Of a DNA stretch of 64,000 nucleotides, positions 51,516 to 63,235 are shown piece by piece. This stretch comes from Squalus acanthias. Lineage: Eukaryota. The stretch's first letter is position 1; the number at the start of each line of letters is the position of its first letter. Below the pieces are notes generated by a model. That model was not told where the DNA came from, made no database searches, and worked only from the letters and a program-made list of their open reading frames with translations. Position numbers and translations under genes: made by a program. The stretch lies in NCBI GenBank assembly GCA_030390025.1, contig CM059432.1, positions 7,192,001-7,256,000 on the forward strand, in the 5' to 3' direction.

Positions 51516-52924
51516 TACTCTCCAACAACCAGCAATGGGGGGAGGAATTTTAACTCCACCGACCAGAGGTTAAAATTGAGTGGGAGACTTGCTCGCTGGC
51601 CTCCCGCTCTGATCCTGCCGAACGCAATTTTAACACGTAGGCGCCAAGGGCTCCTGCCCTTAGCCGGTGGGAAGTGGGTCCTGGGCCAGCAAGCTACGTT
51701 GTATGATATTTCTTTCCTCATTTCCTTGTGGTCCCAGGTGGAGCAGAAGTGCTCAATATCTAGAGATAGAATCATAGGATGATACTGCACAGAAGGAGGT
51801 CATTCTGCCCATCGTGCCTGTCCAAATAGTCCCACTCCCCCCCTGCTCTTTCTCCATAGCATTGCAGATGTTTTCCCTGCTTCCACCCCCCTCTCAGGCA
51901 GCACATTCCAGAGCGCAACAACTTGCTGTGTAAAAATTGTTTCCCCATCTCGCCTCTGGTTCTTTTGCCAATTACCTTAAATCTGTGTCCCCTGGTTACC
52001 GGTCCTTCTGCCACTGGAAACGGTTTCTCCTTATTTACTCTAACAAAACCGTTCCGAGATTTTAAACACCTCTATCATATCTCCTCTTAATACGAACATA
52101 AGAAATGGGAGCAGGAGTAGGGCAAACCGCCCCTCGAACTTGCTCTGCCATTGAGTAAGACCATGGCTGATCTTCGACCTCAACTCCACTTTTTTTTTTA
52201 ATTCATTCACGGAATTTGGACATCGCCAGCATTTATTGCCCATCCCTAATTGCCCTCGAGAAGGTGGTGGTGAGCCGCCTTCTTGAATACAACTTACTAG
52301 GCCATTTCAGAGGCAGTTAAGAGTCAACCACATTGCTGTGCGTCAGTCACATATAGGCCAGACCGGATAAGGACTGCAGATTTCCTTCCTGTCCTATCTC
52401 CATATCCCTTGATTCCCTTAGTGTTCAAAAATCTATTGATCTCATTCTTGAATATACTCAATGACTGAGCATCCACAGCCCTTTGGGGCAGAGAATTCCA
52501 AAGATTCACCACCCTCTGAGTGAAGAAATTCCTCCTCATCTCAGCCTTAAATGGCCGACCCCTTATCCTGAGACTGTGACCCCTAGTTCTAGACTCTCCA
52601 GCCAGGGAAACAACCTCTCAGCATCTACCCTGCCAAGCCCACTAAGAACTTTATATGTTTCAATGAGATCACCTCTCATTCTTCTAAATTTCAGGGAATA
52701 TAGGCCCATTCTACTCAATAGCCTTCTCTGCTCTAAGGAGAACCACTTCCGCTTCTCCAGTCTTTCCACATAACTGAAGTCCCTCATTACACATAATGGG
52801 GGAGTGGGGGCAGGGAAAGCTGCCGTTTACACTTCACCCAGTTCGCTCTTCCATTGAAGACAACGGGCAGCTGATGTCACTATTGCTCGTTTTGCGCGAC
52901 CGCCCAAGGTGAATTATGGTCCAT

Positions 52925-53885
52925 CTTCGACTCTTCCCTTCCCTTCATCGACTTCTCTATCTCCATTTGTGGGGATAGGCTAACATCCACTATAAGCTCA
53001 CTGACTCCCACAGCTATCTGGACTACACTTCCTCTCACCCCGCTTCCTGTCAGGACTCTATTCCATTCTCCTAGTTACTCCGTCACCGCCGCATCTGTTC
53101 TGATGCTGCCACCTTCCGTACCAGTGCTTCCGACATGTCTTCATTTTTCCTCAACCGAGGATTCCCCTCTACCGTGGTTGACACGGCCCTTGACTGTGTC
53201 CGTTCCTTTTCCCGTACTTCTGCTCTCACCCCTTCCCCTCCCTCCCAGAACCACGATAGGGTTTCCCCTTGTCCTCGCCTTCCAACCCACCAGCCTCCAC
53301 ATTCAACGGATCATCCTCCGCCATTTCCACCACCCCTCCCTCCCCCCCCCCCACCGTTCAGCATTCTGAAGGGGCCATTCCCTCCACAACACCCTGGTCC
53401 ACTCCTCTATCACCCCAACACCCACTCCCCTTCTCACAGCACCTTCCTGTGCAAGTGCAGGAGATGCAAGACCTACCCCTTTGCCTGCTCCATTCCCACC
53501 GTCCACGGCCGCAGGTGAAACAGCAATTTACTTATACTTCTTTCAATTTAGTATACTGTATTCCCTGCTCATGATGTGGTCTCCTCTACACTGCAGGGAC
53601 CAAATGCAGATTGGGTGACCGCTTTGCGGAACACCTCCATTCAGTCTCCAAGCATGACCCCGACCTTCACGTCCCCTGTCATTTTAATTCTCCGGACCAC
53701 TCCCACTCTGTCCTCGGCCTCTTACACTGTTCCAATGAAGCTCAACGTAAGCTCGAGGAACAGCACCTCATCTTTCGATTAGGCACCTTTACAGCCTTCT
53801 GGACTCAACATCGAGTTCAACAATTTCAGACCATAATCTCTGTCCCTATTTTTTCGGACAGCAGTTGTTGGCAATGATTCTACTA
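52925..53885 (+). mobile_element. Degenerate Penelope-like element ORF (RT C-terminal/thumb region plus GIY-YIG endonuclease), family B
   Basis: Manual translation gives LPFIDFSISI...HYKLTDSHSYLDYTSSHPASCQDSIPFS, then NLVYCIPCS*CGLLY...LGDRFAEHL...HFNSPDHS...RKLEEQHLIFRLGT, with stops and frameshifts. Confidence 0.88.
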
Positions 53886-53889
53886 TATT

Positions 53890-55397
53890 AGGGGAGGAGA
53901 TAGCAGAAGGGCTTGCCATAATTTTCCAATCTTCCCTAGATGCGGGGGAGGTGCCTAAGGATTGGACAATGGCAAATGTGACACCATTGTTCAAGAAAGG
54001 GTGTAAGGACAATCCTAGTAACTACAGGCCGGCCAGTTTAACATCAGTGGTGGGTAAAATTTTAGAAACAATAATAAAAGAAAAAATTAACGGGCACTTG
54101 GAGAGGTTTAAGCTAATTAAGGAGAGCCAACACGGATTTGTAAAAGGCAGATCATGTTTGATTAATCTAATTGAATTTTTTGATGAAGTAACAGGGAGGA
54201 TTGATGAAGGGAATGCAATGGATGTTATCTACATGGATTTTCGGAAGGCGTTTGACAAAGTACCACATAGAAGGCTGGTTAACAAAATTGAGGCTCATGG
54301 AATAGGTGCGTCAGTGGCAGCTTGGATAAGGAATTGGCTTAAGGACAGAAAACAGCGAGTTGTGGTAAATGGCTGTTTTTCAGACTGGAGGATGGTAGAC
54401 AGTGGTGTTCCCCAAGGGTCAGTGCTGGGGCCACTGCTTTTTTTGATATATATAAATTACCTGGATATTGGAATACAAAGTAGAATTTCTAAATTTGCCG
54501 ATGACACCAAACTTAGGGGCGTGGCAAACAGTGAGGACGATACCAATCGACTGCAACAGGACATAGAAAAGCTAGCAGAATGGGCAGACAAGTGACAGAT
54601 AGAATTTAATACAGAGAAGTGTAAGGTGATGCATTTTGGCAGAAGGAACAGGGAGAGGCAATATACACTTAATGGTACAGTTTTAAAGAGTGTGCAGGCC
54701 AGAGGAACCTGGGAGTTGATGTGCATAGGTCCCTGAAGGTGGCAGGACATATTGAGAGAGTGGTTAGCAAAGCATATGGGATCTTGGGCTTCATAAATAG
54801 AGGTATTGAGTACAAAAGTAGAGAAGTTATGCTGAACCTTTACAAAGCGCTGGTTAGGCCACAACTGGAGTCTTGCGTCCAGTTCTGGTCACCACACTTT
54901 AGGAAGGATGTGAAGGCCCTTGAGAGGGTGCAGAGGAGATTTACCAGAATGGTTCCGGGGATGGGGGATCTTAGCTACAAGGACAGGTTGGTGAAGCTGG
55001 ATTTGTTTTCATTGGAGCAAAGGAGGTTGAGGGGTGAATTGATAGAGGTGTACAAGATTATGATGGGTTTGGATAGGCTCGACGGGGAAAGGCTGTTCCC
55101 ACTACTTGATGGTACAAGGACTAGGGGACACAGATTTAAGGTTTTGGGCAAGAGATTCAGGGGGGGATGTGAGGAAAAACTTATTCACGCAGTGAGTGGT
55201 GAGGACCTGGAACTCGCTGCCGACGGAAGTGGTGGAAGCGGAGACACTCGATGTTTTCAAGGGGAGACTGGATAGGCAGTTGAGGGAAATAAACTTGCAG
55301 GGCTACGGGGAATGTGACTGACTGGATTGCTCTACAGAGAGCCGGCGCGGACTCGATGGGCCGAATGGCCTCCTTCTGTGCCGTTATGACTCTCTGA
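53890..55397 (+). mobile_element. CR1 LINE ORF2 RT fragment nested in the Penelope-like element
   Basis: ORFs 53951-54595 and 54721-55275: NYRPASLTSV, QHGFVKGRSC, DFRKAFDKVPH, PQGSVLGP, FADDTK. Confidence 0.93.
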
Positions 55398-55944
55398 CCT
55401 CACGCCTCGGCTGTGATCTTTGGTAGCGCCCCCTGACTAACCGCCGGACGCTATGTCAGACAGGGTCAGGGGGGCCTACCTGCGGCCGGGGCGGCACAAA
55501 TTAAAGGGGCGGTGCCGGGCGGCCATTTTTGTTGCTGGCCGCCTTCCAGCACCTGCCCCCGTTGCCGTTCTCGGCCTCCTGAGCAGCCCCCTTGCGGAGT
55601 GCCGGCTGCGCTCCGTGAGCCTGGCACTTCTCTTGAGTGCTGGGCTCTTTTGCCGGCACTCCCGGTCCCTGGTGGCCCAGCTGGGCCCCGGGTCGCGCTG
55701 CGCTAGGCCCCTCCCCTTTAAGAAGGGGAGGAAGGCCTGCAGTACCGCGGCACGATATTCACTCGCAGCGCCCCAAGAGGGAGGCAGGCGCTTCCGGTAG
55801 TACCCCGCCTCCGTCTTGGGGCGCTACCGGTGAATTTTGGCCGCGGGGGCGCTAATTTTTCCGGGACACTAAAAGTAACCCCCCCCCCCCTCCAACGAAG
55901 TTAGTGCCCCAAAGGGGGCGCGACCCAATTTTCCCCCTTGACTC

Positions 55945-56286
55945 TCTTCCTATTTACACCTCCTCCAGACCCATCTTTTGTTTCTTTACTTGTCCCATTA
56001 CCATCTCATTTTGCCTTCCAACATCATCCCTTTTGTCATTTAATCTCTCCTGCCTTCCACCCCATCACAGACCTTCCCTTTTGTTCTTTACTCCCCTCCC
56101 CCCTTTCCCTGCCCCTACACTTGCTTAAAATCTGTTACATCTCCAACTTTTTCCAGTTCTGACGAAGGGTCATCGACCTGAAACGTTAACTCTGTTTCTC
56201 TCTCCACAGATGCTGTCTGACCCGCTGAGTATTTCCAGCATTTTCTGTTTTTATTTCAGATTTTCAACATCCGCAGTGTTTTTGCT
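55945..56286 (+). mobile_element. 3' terminal part of the same family B PLE (hammerhead motif 56155-56191)
   Basis: Collinear continuation of the 53885 breakpoint when compared with the uninterrupted copies at 33739-34218 and 56744-57202. Motif agtt CTGACGA a gggtc atc gacct GAAA cg TT aact. Confidence 0.82.
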
Positions 56287-56743
56287 TGTGGATTATACCC
56301 GTCCCCTGTCCAGTGAGCCTGAGAGAGAATTGGGCTGAGAGTTCGGTTTTCCAAAATGCACTCCGCATTCACTTGGGACAGTGTCCAAGGAATCACGTAT
56401 ATCAAGCTATCATTCTAGAAAAACCAATCTGGGTTGTGTGTGTCTGTGAAAGCTCAGTGACACTGGAGTGGGGAAAGTGCAAGCAATGGGAGGCACCTTC
56501 CACCTGTTGGAAAATGTTTTGCTTGGGCGAAACCAGGCAGAAAATTGAGTTTTGGGCGGAAATTAAGTGTTGGTTGAACTTCTGCCAGTTCGTGTTGAAC
56601 TGGGCAGAGAAAGAAAAAAAAGAGCTTTTTCCGCACATTCACGAAATACAGCAATTAGGCCAATTATTAAGGGGTGGGTCAGCCCATTATCCACTATGAC
56701 TTCAGCATTTCCACAAGTTTGGAAAAAAGAAAAAGAAATGGAA

Positions 56744-57202
56744 AAGCAAAATACTGAGGGATGCTGTAAATCTGAAATAAAAACAGAAAATGCTGGCAAC
56801 ATTCAGCAGGTCAGGCAGCATCTGTGGGGAGAGAGAAACAGAGTTAATGTTTCAGGTCGATGACCCTTCGTCAGAACTGGACAAAGTTGGAGATGGAACA
56901 GGTTTTTAAGCAAATGTAGGGGCAGGGAAAGGGGGAGGGGAGGAAAGAACAAAAGGGAAGGTCTGTGATAGGATGGGAGGCAGGAGAGATTAAGAGGCAA
57001 AAGGGATGATGGTGCAAGGCAAAAGGAGATGGTAATGGGACAAGTTAAGAAACAAAAGATGACTCTAGGTGAAGTGTAAATGGCACTGGCAGAATGATCG
57101 ACAGCTGCCATGTGAGCGAGAAAAGAAATAATAGGGGCAGAGGTTATGGTCTGAAATTGTTGAACTCGATGTTGAGTCCAGAAGGCTGTAAAGTGCTTAT
57201 CG
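56744..57202 (-). mobile_element. 5'-truncated family B PLE (hammerhead motif 56842-56878)
   Basis: TSD aaagaaatggaa at 56732-56743 and 57203-57214. Closely similar to 33739-34218. Confidence 0.85.
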
Positions 57203-57714
57203 AAAGAAATGGAACCTGGCTGAGAAGCCACACTGCCCGCAAAGAAGGGCAGACAAACGAAGTTTCCACCTTGTGCCTATTTCTCGCTGTCTGCTACTTT
57301 GTGTTTATTCGTTCATGGGATGTGGGCGTCGCTGGCAAGGCCAGTATTTATTGCCCATCCTGAATGCCTCTGAGAAAGGAGGAAAGGTTTTATTTTCCTA
57401 GTGAGATGGCTCACTTGAGTTCATTACACCAACTGAATCAATTTAATCATAGAATCATACAGCACAGAAGGAGGCCATTCGGCCCCTCGTGCCTGTGCCG
57501 GCTCTTTGGTAGAGCGATCCAGTTAGTCCCACATCCCCCCTGCTCTTTCCACATAGGCCAGCAATTTTTTTCCCCCTTTCAAGTCTTTATCCAATTCCCT
57601 TTTGAAAGTTACTATTGAATCTGCTTCCACCGCCCTTTTCAGGCAGCGCGTTCCAGATCATCATAACTTGCTGGGTGAAAATAAATTCTCCTCATCTGCC
57701 CTCAAGTTTCTACA

Positions 57715-58785
57715 GTTACAGCAGGGCCTTGGTGAGACCCCACCTGGAGTACTGTGTGCAGTTTTGGTCTCCTTACCTAAGGGAGGATATACTTGGCATA
57801 GAGGGAGTGCAGCGAAGGTTCACCAGACTGATTCCTGGGATGGCAGGACTGTCGTATGAGGAGAGATTGGGTCGACTAGGCCTGTATTCACTAGAGTTTA
57901 GAAGAATGAGAGGGGATCTCATTGAAACGTATAAAATTCTGACAGGGCTTGACAGACTGGATGCTGGGAGGATGTTTCCCCTGGCTGGGGGTGGGGGGGG
58001 GGGGTCTAGAATGAGGGGTCACAGTCTCAGGATACAGGGTAGGACATTTAGGACTGAGATGAGGAGAAATTTCTTCACTCAGAGGGTGGTGAACCTGTGG
58101 AATTCTCTACCACAGAAGGCTGTGGAGGCCAAGTCACTGAATATATTTACGAAGGAGATAGATAGATTTCTAGACGCAAAAGGCGTCAAGGGGTATGGGG
58201 AGAGAGTGGGAATATGGTATTGAGATAGAGGATCAGCCATGATCATGTTGAATGGTGGAGCTGGCTCGAAGGGCCGAATGGCCGACTCCTGCTCCTATTT
58301 TTCTATGTTTCATCTCCCCTCTGGTTCTTTTGCCCGTTATTTTAAATCTGTGTCCTCTGGTTACCGACCCTCCTGCCACTGAAAACAGTTTCTCCCTATT
58401 TACCCTATCAAAACCTCTCACAATTTTTAATATTAAATCATGAGGTTTCTGGACAGAGTAGATAGAGAGAAACTGTTCCCATTGGAGGCAGGGTCGAGAA
58501 CCAGAGGAACACAGATTTAAGGTGATTGGCCGAAGAACCAAAGGTGACATGAGGAAAAACTTTTTTACGCAGCGAGTGGTGAGGATCTGGAATGCACTGC
58601 CTGAAAGGGTGGTGGAGGCAGACTCAATTGTGGCTTTCAAAAGGGAGTTGGATAAGTACCTGACGGAAAAAAATTTGCAGGGCTACGGGGAAAGGGCTGG
58701 GGAGTGGGACTAGCTGAAGTGCTCTTGCAGAGAGCCGGAACGGGCTGAATAGCAGCCTTCTGTGCTGTAACCATTCTATGATTCT
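57715..58785. mobile_element. CR1 fragment cluster
   Basis: ORFs 57615-58223 (+), 58522-58713 (+) and a short minus-strand piece at about 58310-58430 all encode CR1 ORF2 C-terminal peptide. Confidence 0.87.
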
Positions 58786-59119
58786 AAGATTCCCTGCTGT
58801 AAGGAGAATGATTCCAGCGTCTCCAGTCTCTCCCCTTAATGTGGGTGGTCTGCCCACAGAATCTTTCGTGCCATCACACTTGATATGGTGCTGGAGAATG
58901 CTGTGGATTTTTTCCCTCTTCAAACCTTATCACCCACATTGGCCTCTCGTCCAGCTGATTCCCCAGATGTGTTTCAGAAACCTATTTCAAGAGGACAAGA
59001 TCAGGTTTGGGGAGATGACATCAAAAGCAGTTTAACGCACAAGAGATTAAGACAACCGAAAATGTTGTTGTCATAGCTGGAACCACTTTTTGATCCTCAT
59101 TGCATCTCATGACAAGAAA

Positions 59120-59580
59120 TAAAGCCTTGTATTTATACAGCGCCTTTCACGACCACCGGACGTCCCAAAGCGTTTTACAGTCAATGAAGTACTTTTTGAA
59201 GTGGAGTCACTGCTGTAATGTAGGAAACCCAGCAATTTGCACACAGCAAGCTCCCACAAACAGCAATGCGATAATCACCAGGTAATCTGTTTTAGTGATG
59301 TTGATCGAGGGATAAATATTGGCCCCAGGACACTGGGGAGAACTCCCGCTGCTCCTCTTCGAAATAGTGGCCGTGGGATCTTTTATTGTCCACCTGAGAG
59401 AGCAGATGGGGCCTTCGGTTTAAGGTCTCTTCTGAAAGAAGGCACCTCCGACAGTGCAGCGGGCTCCCTCAGTACTGCACTGGGAGTGTCAGCCTAGATT
59501 GTGCTCAAGCCTCTGGAGTGGGACTTGAACCCACGACCTTCTGACTCAGAGGCGAGGCTGCTGCCAACGGTGCCACGGAT
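59120..59580 (-). mobile_element. Near full-length Deu-domain tRNA SINE
   Basis: Reverse complement of the same family. Confidence 0.8.
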
Positions 59581-59833
59581 ACATGAGATCCAGCATTGCT
59601 AGAACAATGATTGCTATGGGGAAAGGGCAGGGGAGTGGGACAAGCTGAGAGCTGGCATGGTCTCGATGGGCCAAATGGCCGCCTTCCGTGCTGTAACCAT
59701 TTTATGATTCTACGTACAAGAACAAGTCTACCTAACGGCAGACGCTGCTCGTTGCATTGCCACAGCAAAATCTGGCCCATTGAGTGAGGCACAGTTGTCC
59801 CCTCAAGGACTGCTCTTCCTCTTCCAATACCAG

Positions 59834-60326
59834 TGTGAGAAGTCGCCCAACACCAGGTTATAGTCCAACAGCTTTATTTGAAATCACAAGCTTTCGGAGC
59901 GCTGCTCCTTCGTCAGGTGAAGTGAAGAGATGCATATAGGCACAGCATGTATAGTCAGAGAACACTGCCAGATGATTACAGTTAATCTTTCCAACTGCCC
60001 TTTATCACACCTCGGCAGAGAGATAATCACGGCAATTGATGTAATGTTTTCCTGACTGACCTGTTTGGACACCATCCACGCCTTTGATTGCCGTGATTAT
60101 CTCTCTGCCGAGGTGTGATAAAGGGCAGTTAGAAAGATTAACTGTAATCATCTGGCAGTGTTCTCTGACTATATATGCTGTGCCTATATGCATCTCTTCA
60201 CTTCACCTGACGAAGGAGCAGCGCTCGAAAGCTTGTGATTTCAAATAAAGCTGTCGGACTATAACCTGGTGTTGTGTGACTTCTCACATTTGTCCACCCC
60301 AGTCCAACACCGGCATCTCCACATCA
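59834..60326. mobile_element. Largest palindromic family A insertion (hammerhead motifs 59884-59920 minus, 60203-60238 plus)
   Basis: TSD ttccaatacYag at 59822-59833 and 60327-60338. Inverted arms of about 203 bp (59834-60036 and 60087-60288) with a 50-bp spacer. Confidence 0.85.
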
Positions 60327-61554
60327 TTCCAATACTAGGAGCACCATTGGAATCCCCAAACGAATTCCCTTCCTGACCACAAAGCTCGCTACAAGGGAAA
60401 GAGCAGCAGAAAGCAAGGCTGCTGTAGGAGAATCTTGCAATGTACATTCAGGCCAAAGCTGCAAGAAAACACAAGCCACTAATGAAAAGGCAGAGAAAGC
60501 AATAAATTAAAAAAAAACAATGGCTGAATTCTCAACCAACTTAAATGTGCTACATACCTTTAAAAAGCCAACTTCAAAACTAGCCAGACCATCTCGACAG
60601 TATTGAGCTTGTTTCATACGGGCAGGCTGAACCATGAGTAAAGGGGCAGCCCAAAAGCTGTTAAATCGAGGATGGGGACTCATTTACATTGGAATCAGAG
60701 CTTTTCATGAGGCTTGCTGGGCTTGGCAGCACATCTTTCAAAAACTTAGAAATATGTTGCACTTTGAACAGTCCTAGCAATTGTAGTGCTAATTCATCCA
60801 AAGAAAACGGTGAACTGGAAAGGGCCTTGGCTGGAGAAACAACAACAACTTGCATTTATATAGCGCCTTTAATGCAGTAAAACGTCCCGAGGCGCCGCAC
60901 AGGAGCGATTATCAAACCGAATTTGGCAATGATCCACATAAGGAGATATCAGGACAGATGACCAAAAGCTTAGTCAAAGAGGTAGGTTTTAAGGAGCGTC
61001 TTAAAAAAAAGGAGAGAGAGGCGGAGAGGTTTAGGGAGGGAATTCCAGAGCTCAGGGCCCAGGTCACTGAAGGCACGGCCGCCAGTGGTGCAACGACTGA
61101 AAATTGGGGATGCTCAAGAGGTCAGAATTGGAGATGCGCAGAGGTCTCAAAGGGTTGTAGGGCTGGCGGAGGTTACAGAGATAGGGAGGGCTTTGTAAAC
61201 CAGGATGAGAATTTTAAATTGAACATGTTGCTGGACCGGGAGTCAACGTAGGTCAGCGTGCACAGGGGTGATGGGGGAACGGGACTTGATGTGAGCTAGA
61301 TCAGTGGTCAGAATAAGAGAAAGATAGCCAAGAACAAGAGGGAAATACTAAAAATGCTCCACACAAATAAGAATTTTTAGACTATGCCCCCTACTCCTAG
61401 AAACAAGACTGAGATAGATAGATTTTGGGCGCTGGGATCGGGCGGGAAAATGGAGTTGAGGTAAAAGATCAGCCATGATCTCATTAAATGGCGGCACAGG
61501 CTCGAGGGGCTGAATGGCCTCCTCCTGTTCCTATGTTCCTTGAATATACTTAAT

Positions 61555-62130
61555 GGGCTGGATTTTGATACTGGGGCGGGTTGGGGTCGTGTCATCCACC
61601 CGACTGCAATTGGATGTGGGAGATTGATGCAATTTTCACCTAATTGGGCAATTGAATTTCAGTCTGAAAGTCGCCTCTGATGATGTCATCATTGCTGCTG
61701 CATTGAAGGTCTTCAAAGACTGCCTGGTCTTTGCTGTGAGAGGACCTGCAAAATGAGCAGCAGCAGTCCTAAGTCTGCTTCCAGATATTTTTACACCACC
61801 ACTCCCAGATATGTCTCCTCTCCATCCATACATATATACATATAGCCAGCCAGGTTTCATATTCGTGGTTCAGAACAGGCGTGCTTCACGTAGAAAAAGG
61901 GTTAAAATCACAAAAGCCTTTCGAAATGGCATTATAGAGGCAATTTAGTGCTTGTTAAGGGTCTTAACAGCCTATCCCGCCTCTTAGAGGCGGGACGGAG
62001 TCGGGACCAGCAGACACGATTTAATGAAAATTGCATGGAGGCGGACTTGTGCTCGCCCGCCAGTTTTCGCAATTTTAACCCCCCCACACGCCTCCAAACC
62101 CGCCTCCACGGGTCAATGAAAATCCAGCCC
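61555..62130. mobile_element. Harbinger-type MITE inserted in a CR1 fragment
   Basis: Perfect 12-bp TIRs gggctggatttt / aaaatccagccc. The flanks rejoin the CR1 sequence ttgaatatact.aat|gactcagcatcc. A related inverted copy starts at 63720 and runs off the window. A similar terminus is at 23082. Confidence 0.75.
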
Positions 62131-62667
62131 AAAGACTCAGCATCCACAGCCCTCTTTGTTAGAGAATTCCAAAGATTCACAACCCTCTGAGTGAAGAAAT
62201 TTCTTCTCATCTCAGTCCTAAATGGCCGACCCCTTATCCTGAGACTGTGACCCCTGGTTCTAGACTCTCCAGCCAGAGGAAACAGCCCCTGGGAATGGAA
62301 TGCATTCCCGAGTGAACTATAGCTGCAGAATCAATAGAAATGTTCAGAATGGAAATAAGGTGAGGGGTTGATATGGGGAAACATGAAGGCCTGGATTTTA
62401 AGTCAGGGTGGGGGTCAGTGCGTGTGAGGGGAGGGGCCTGGACGAGAGGGTGGGGCCTGAGTAAGGGGGGGTGGCCTGAGTGAGCGAGAGGGCGGGGCCT
62501 GGGCTTGGGGACAGGTGTCCTCGCTGCCTGCAATTTAAAATTACAGTCGGTCAGATCAGGGTGGGGTAAGATCCCCCCCCACTCCATTTGGGGGAGTTAA
62601 AATCGAGACGAAGAGTTGCAAAAGCAGGCTCAATGGGCTGAATGGCCTACATCTGTTTTTTTAAAAT

Positions 62668-63235
62668 CATTCCTGGGATGTGGGCGTCGCTGACCAGGCC
62701 AGCATTTATTGCTCATCCCTAGTTGCCCTCGAGAAGGTGGTGGTGAGCCGCCTTCTTGAACCGCTGCAGTCCGTGTGGGGAAGGTACTCCCACAGTGCTG
62801 TTAGGGAGGGAGTTCCAGGATTTTGACCCAGCGACGATGAAGGAATGGTGATATACTTCCAAGTCAGGATGGTGTGTGACTGGGAGGGGAACTTGGAGGT
62901 GGTGGTGTTCCTATACGCCTGCTGCCCTTGTCCTTCTAGGTGGTGGAGGTCGCGGGTTTGGGAAGTGCTGCCGAAGAAGCCTTGGCGAGTTGCTGCAGTG
63001 CATCTTGTAGATGGTACACACTGCTGCCACGGTGCGCCGGTGGTGGAGGGAGTGAATGTTTAAGGTGGTGGATGAGGTGCCAATCAAGCAGGTTGCTTTG
63101 TCCTGGATGGTGTCGAGCCTCTCGAGTCTTGTTGGAGCTGCACTCATCCAGGCAAGTGGAGAGTATTCCGCCACACTCCTGACTCTTGCCTTATAGATGG
63201 CTTTGGGGAGTTAGCAGGTGAGTCACACACCTGTT
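62668..63235 (-). mobile_element. 3' fragment of a distinct non-LTR retrotransposon family (CR1-group, Zenon-like)
   Basis: ORF 62911-63174: EYSPLAWMSAAPT...LDTIQDKA...HSLHHRRTVAAVCTIYK. Related pieces at about 41360-41640, 41950-42010, 47120-47780, 52200-52390 and 57305-57375. Clade assignment is uncertain. Confidence 0.65.

Noticed and set aside
56331..56686. Possible MITE with tgggctga/tcagccca ends
   Set aside because: Only 8 bp of inverted match, no convincing TSD and no second copy in the window.
60661..60855. Possible minus-strand terminal exon (KALSSSPFSLDELALQLL...)
   Set aside because: The apparent acceptor is partly supplied by an L2 (ttg)n tail and I do not recognise the peptide. 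It cannot be supported without a search.
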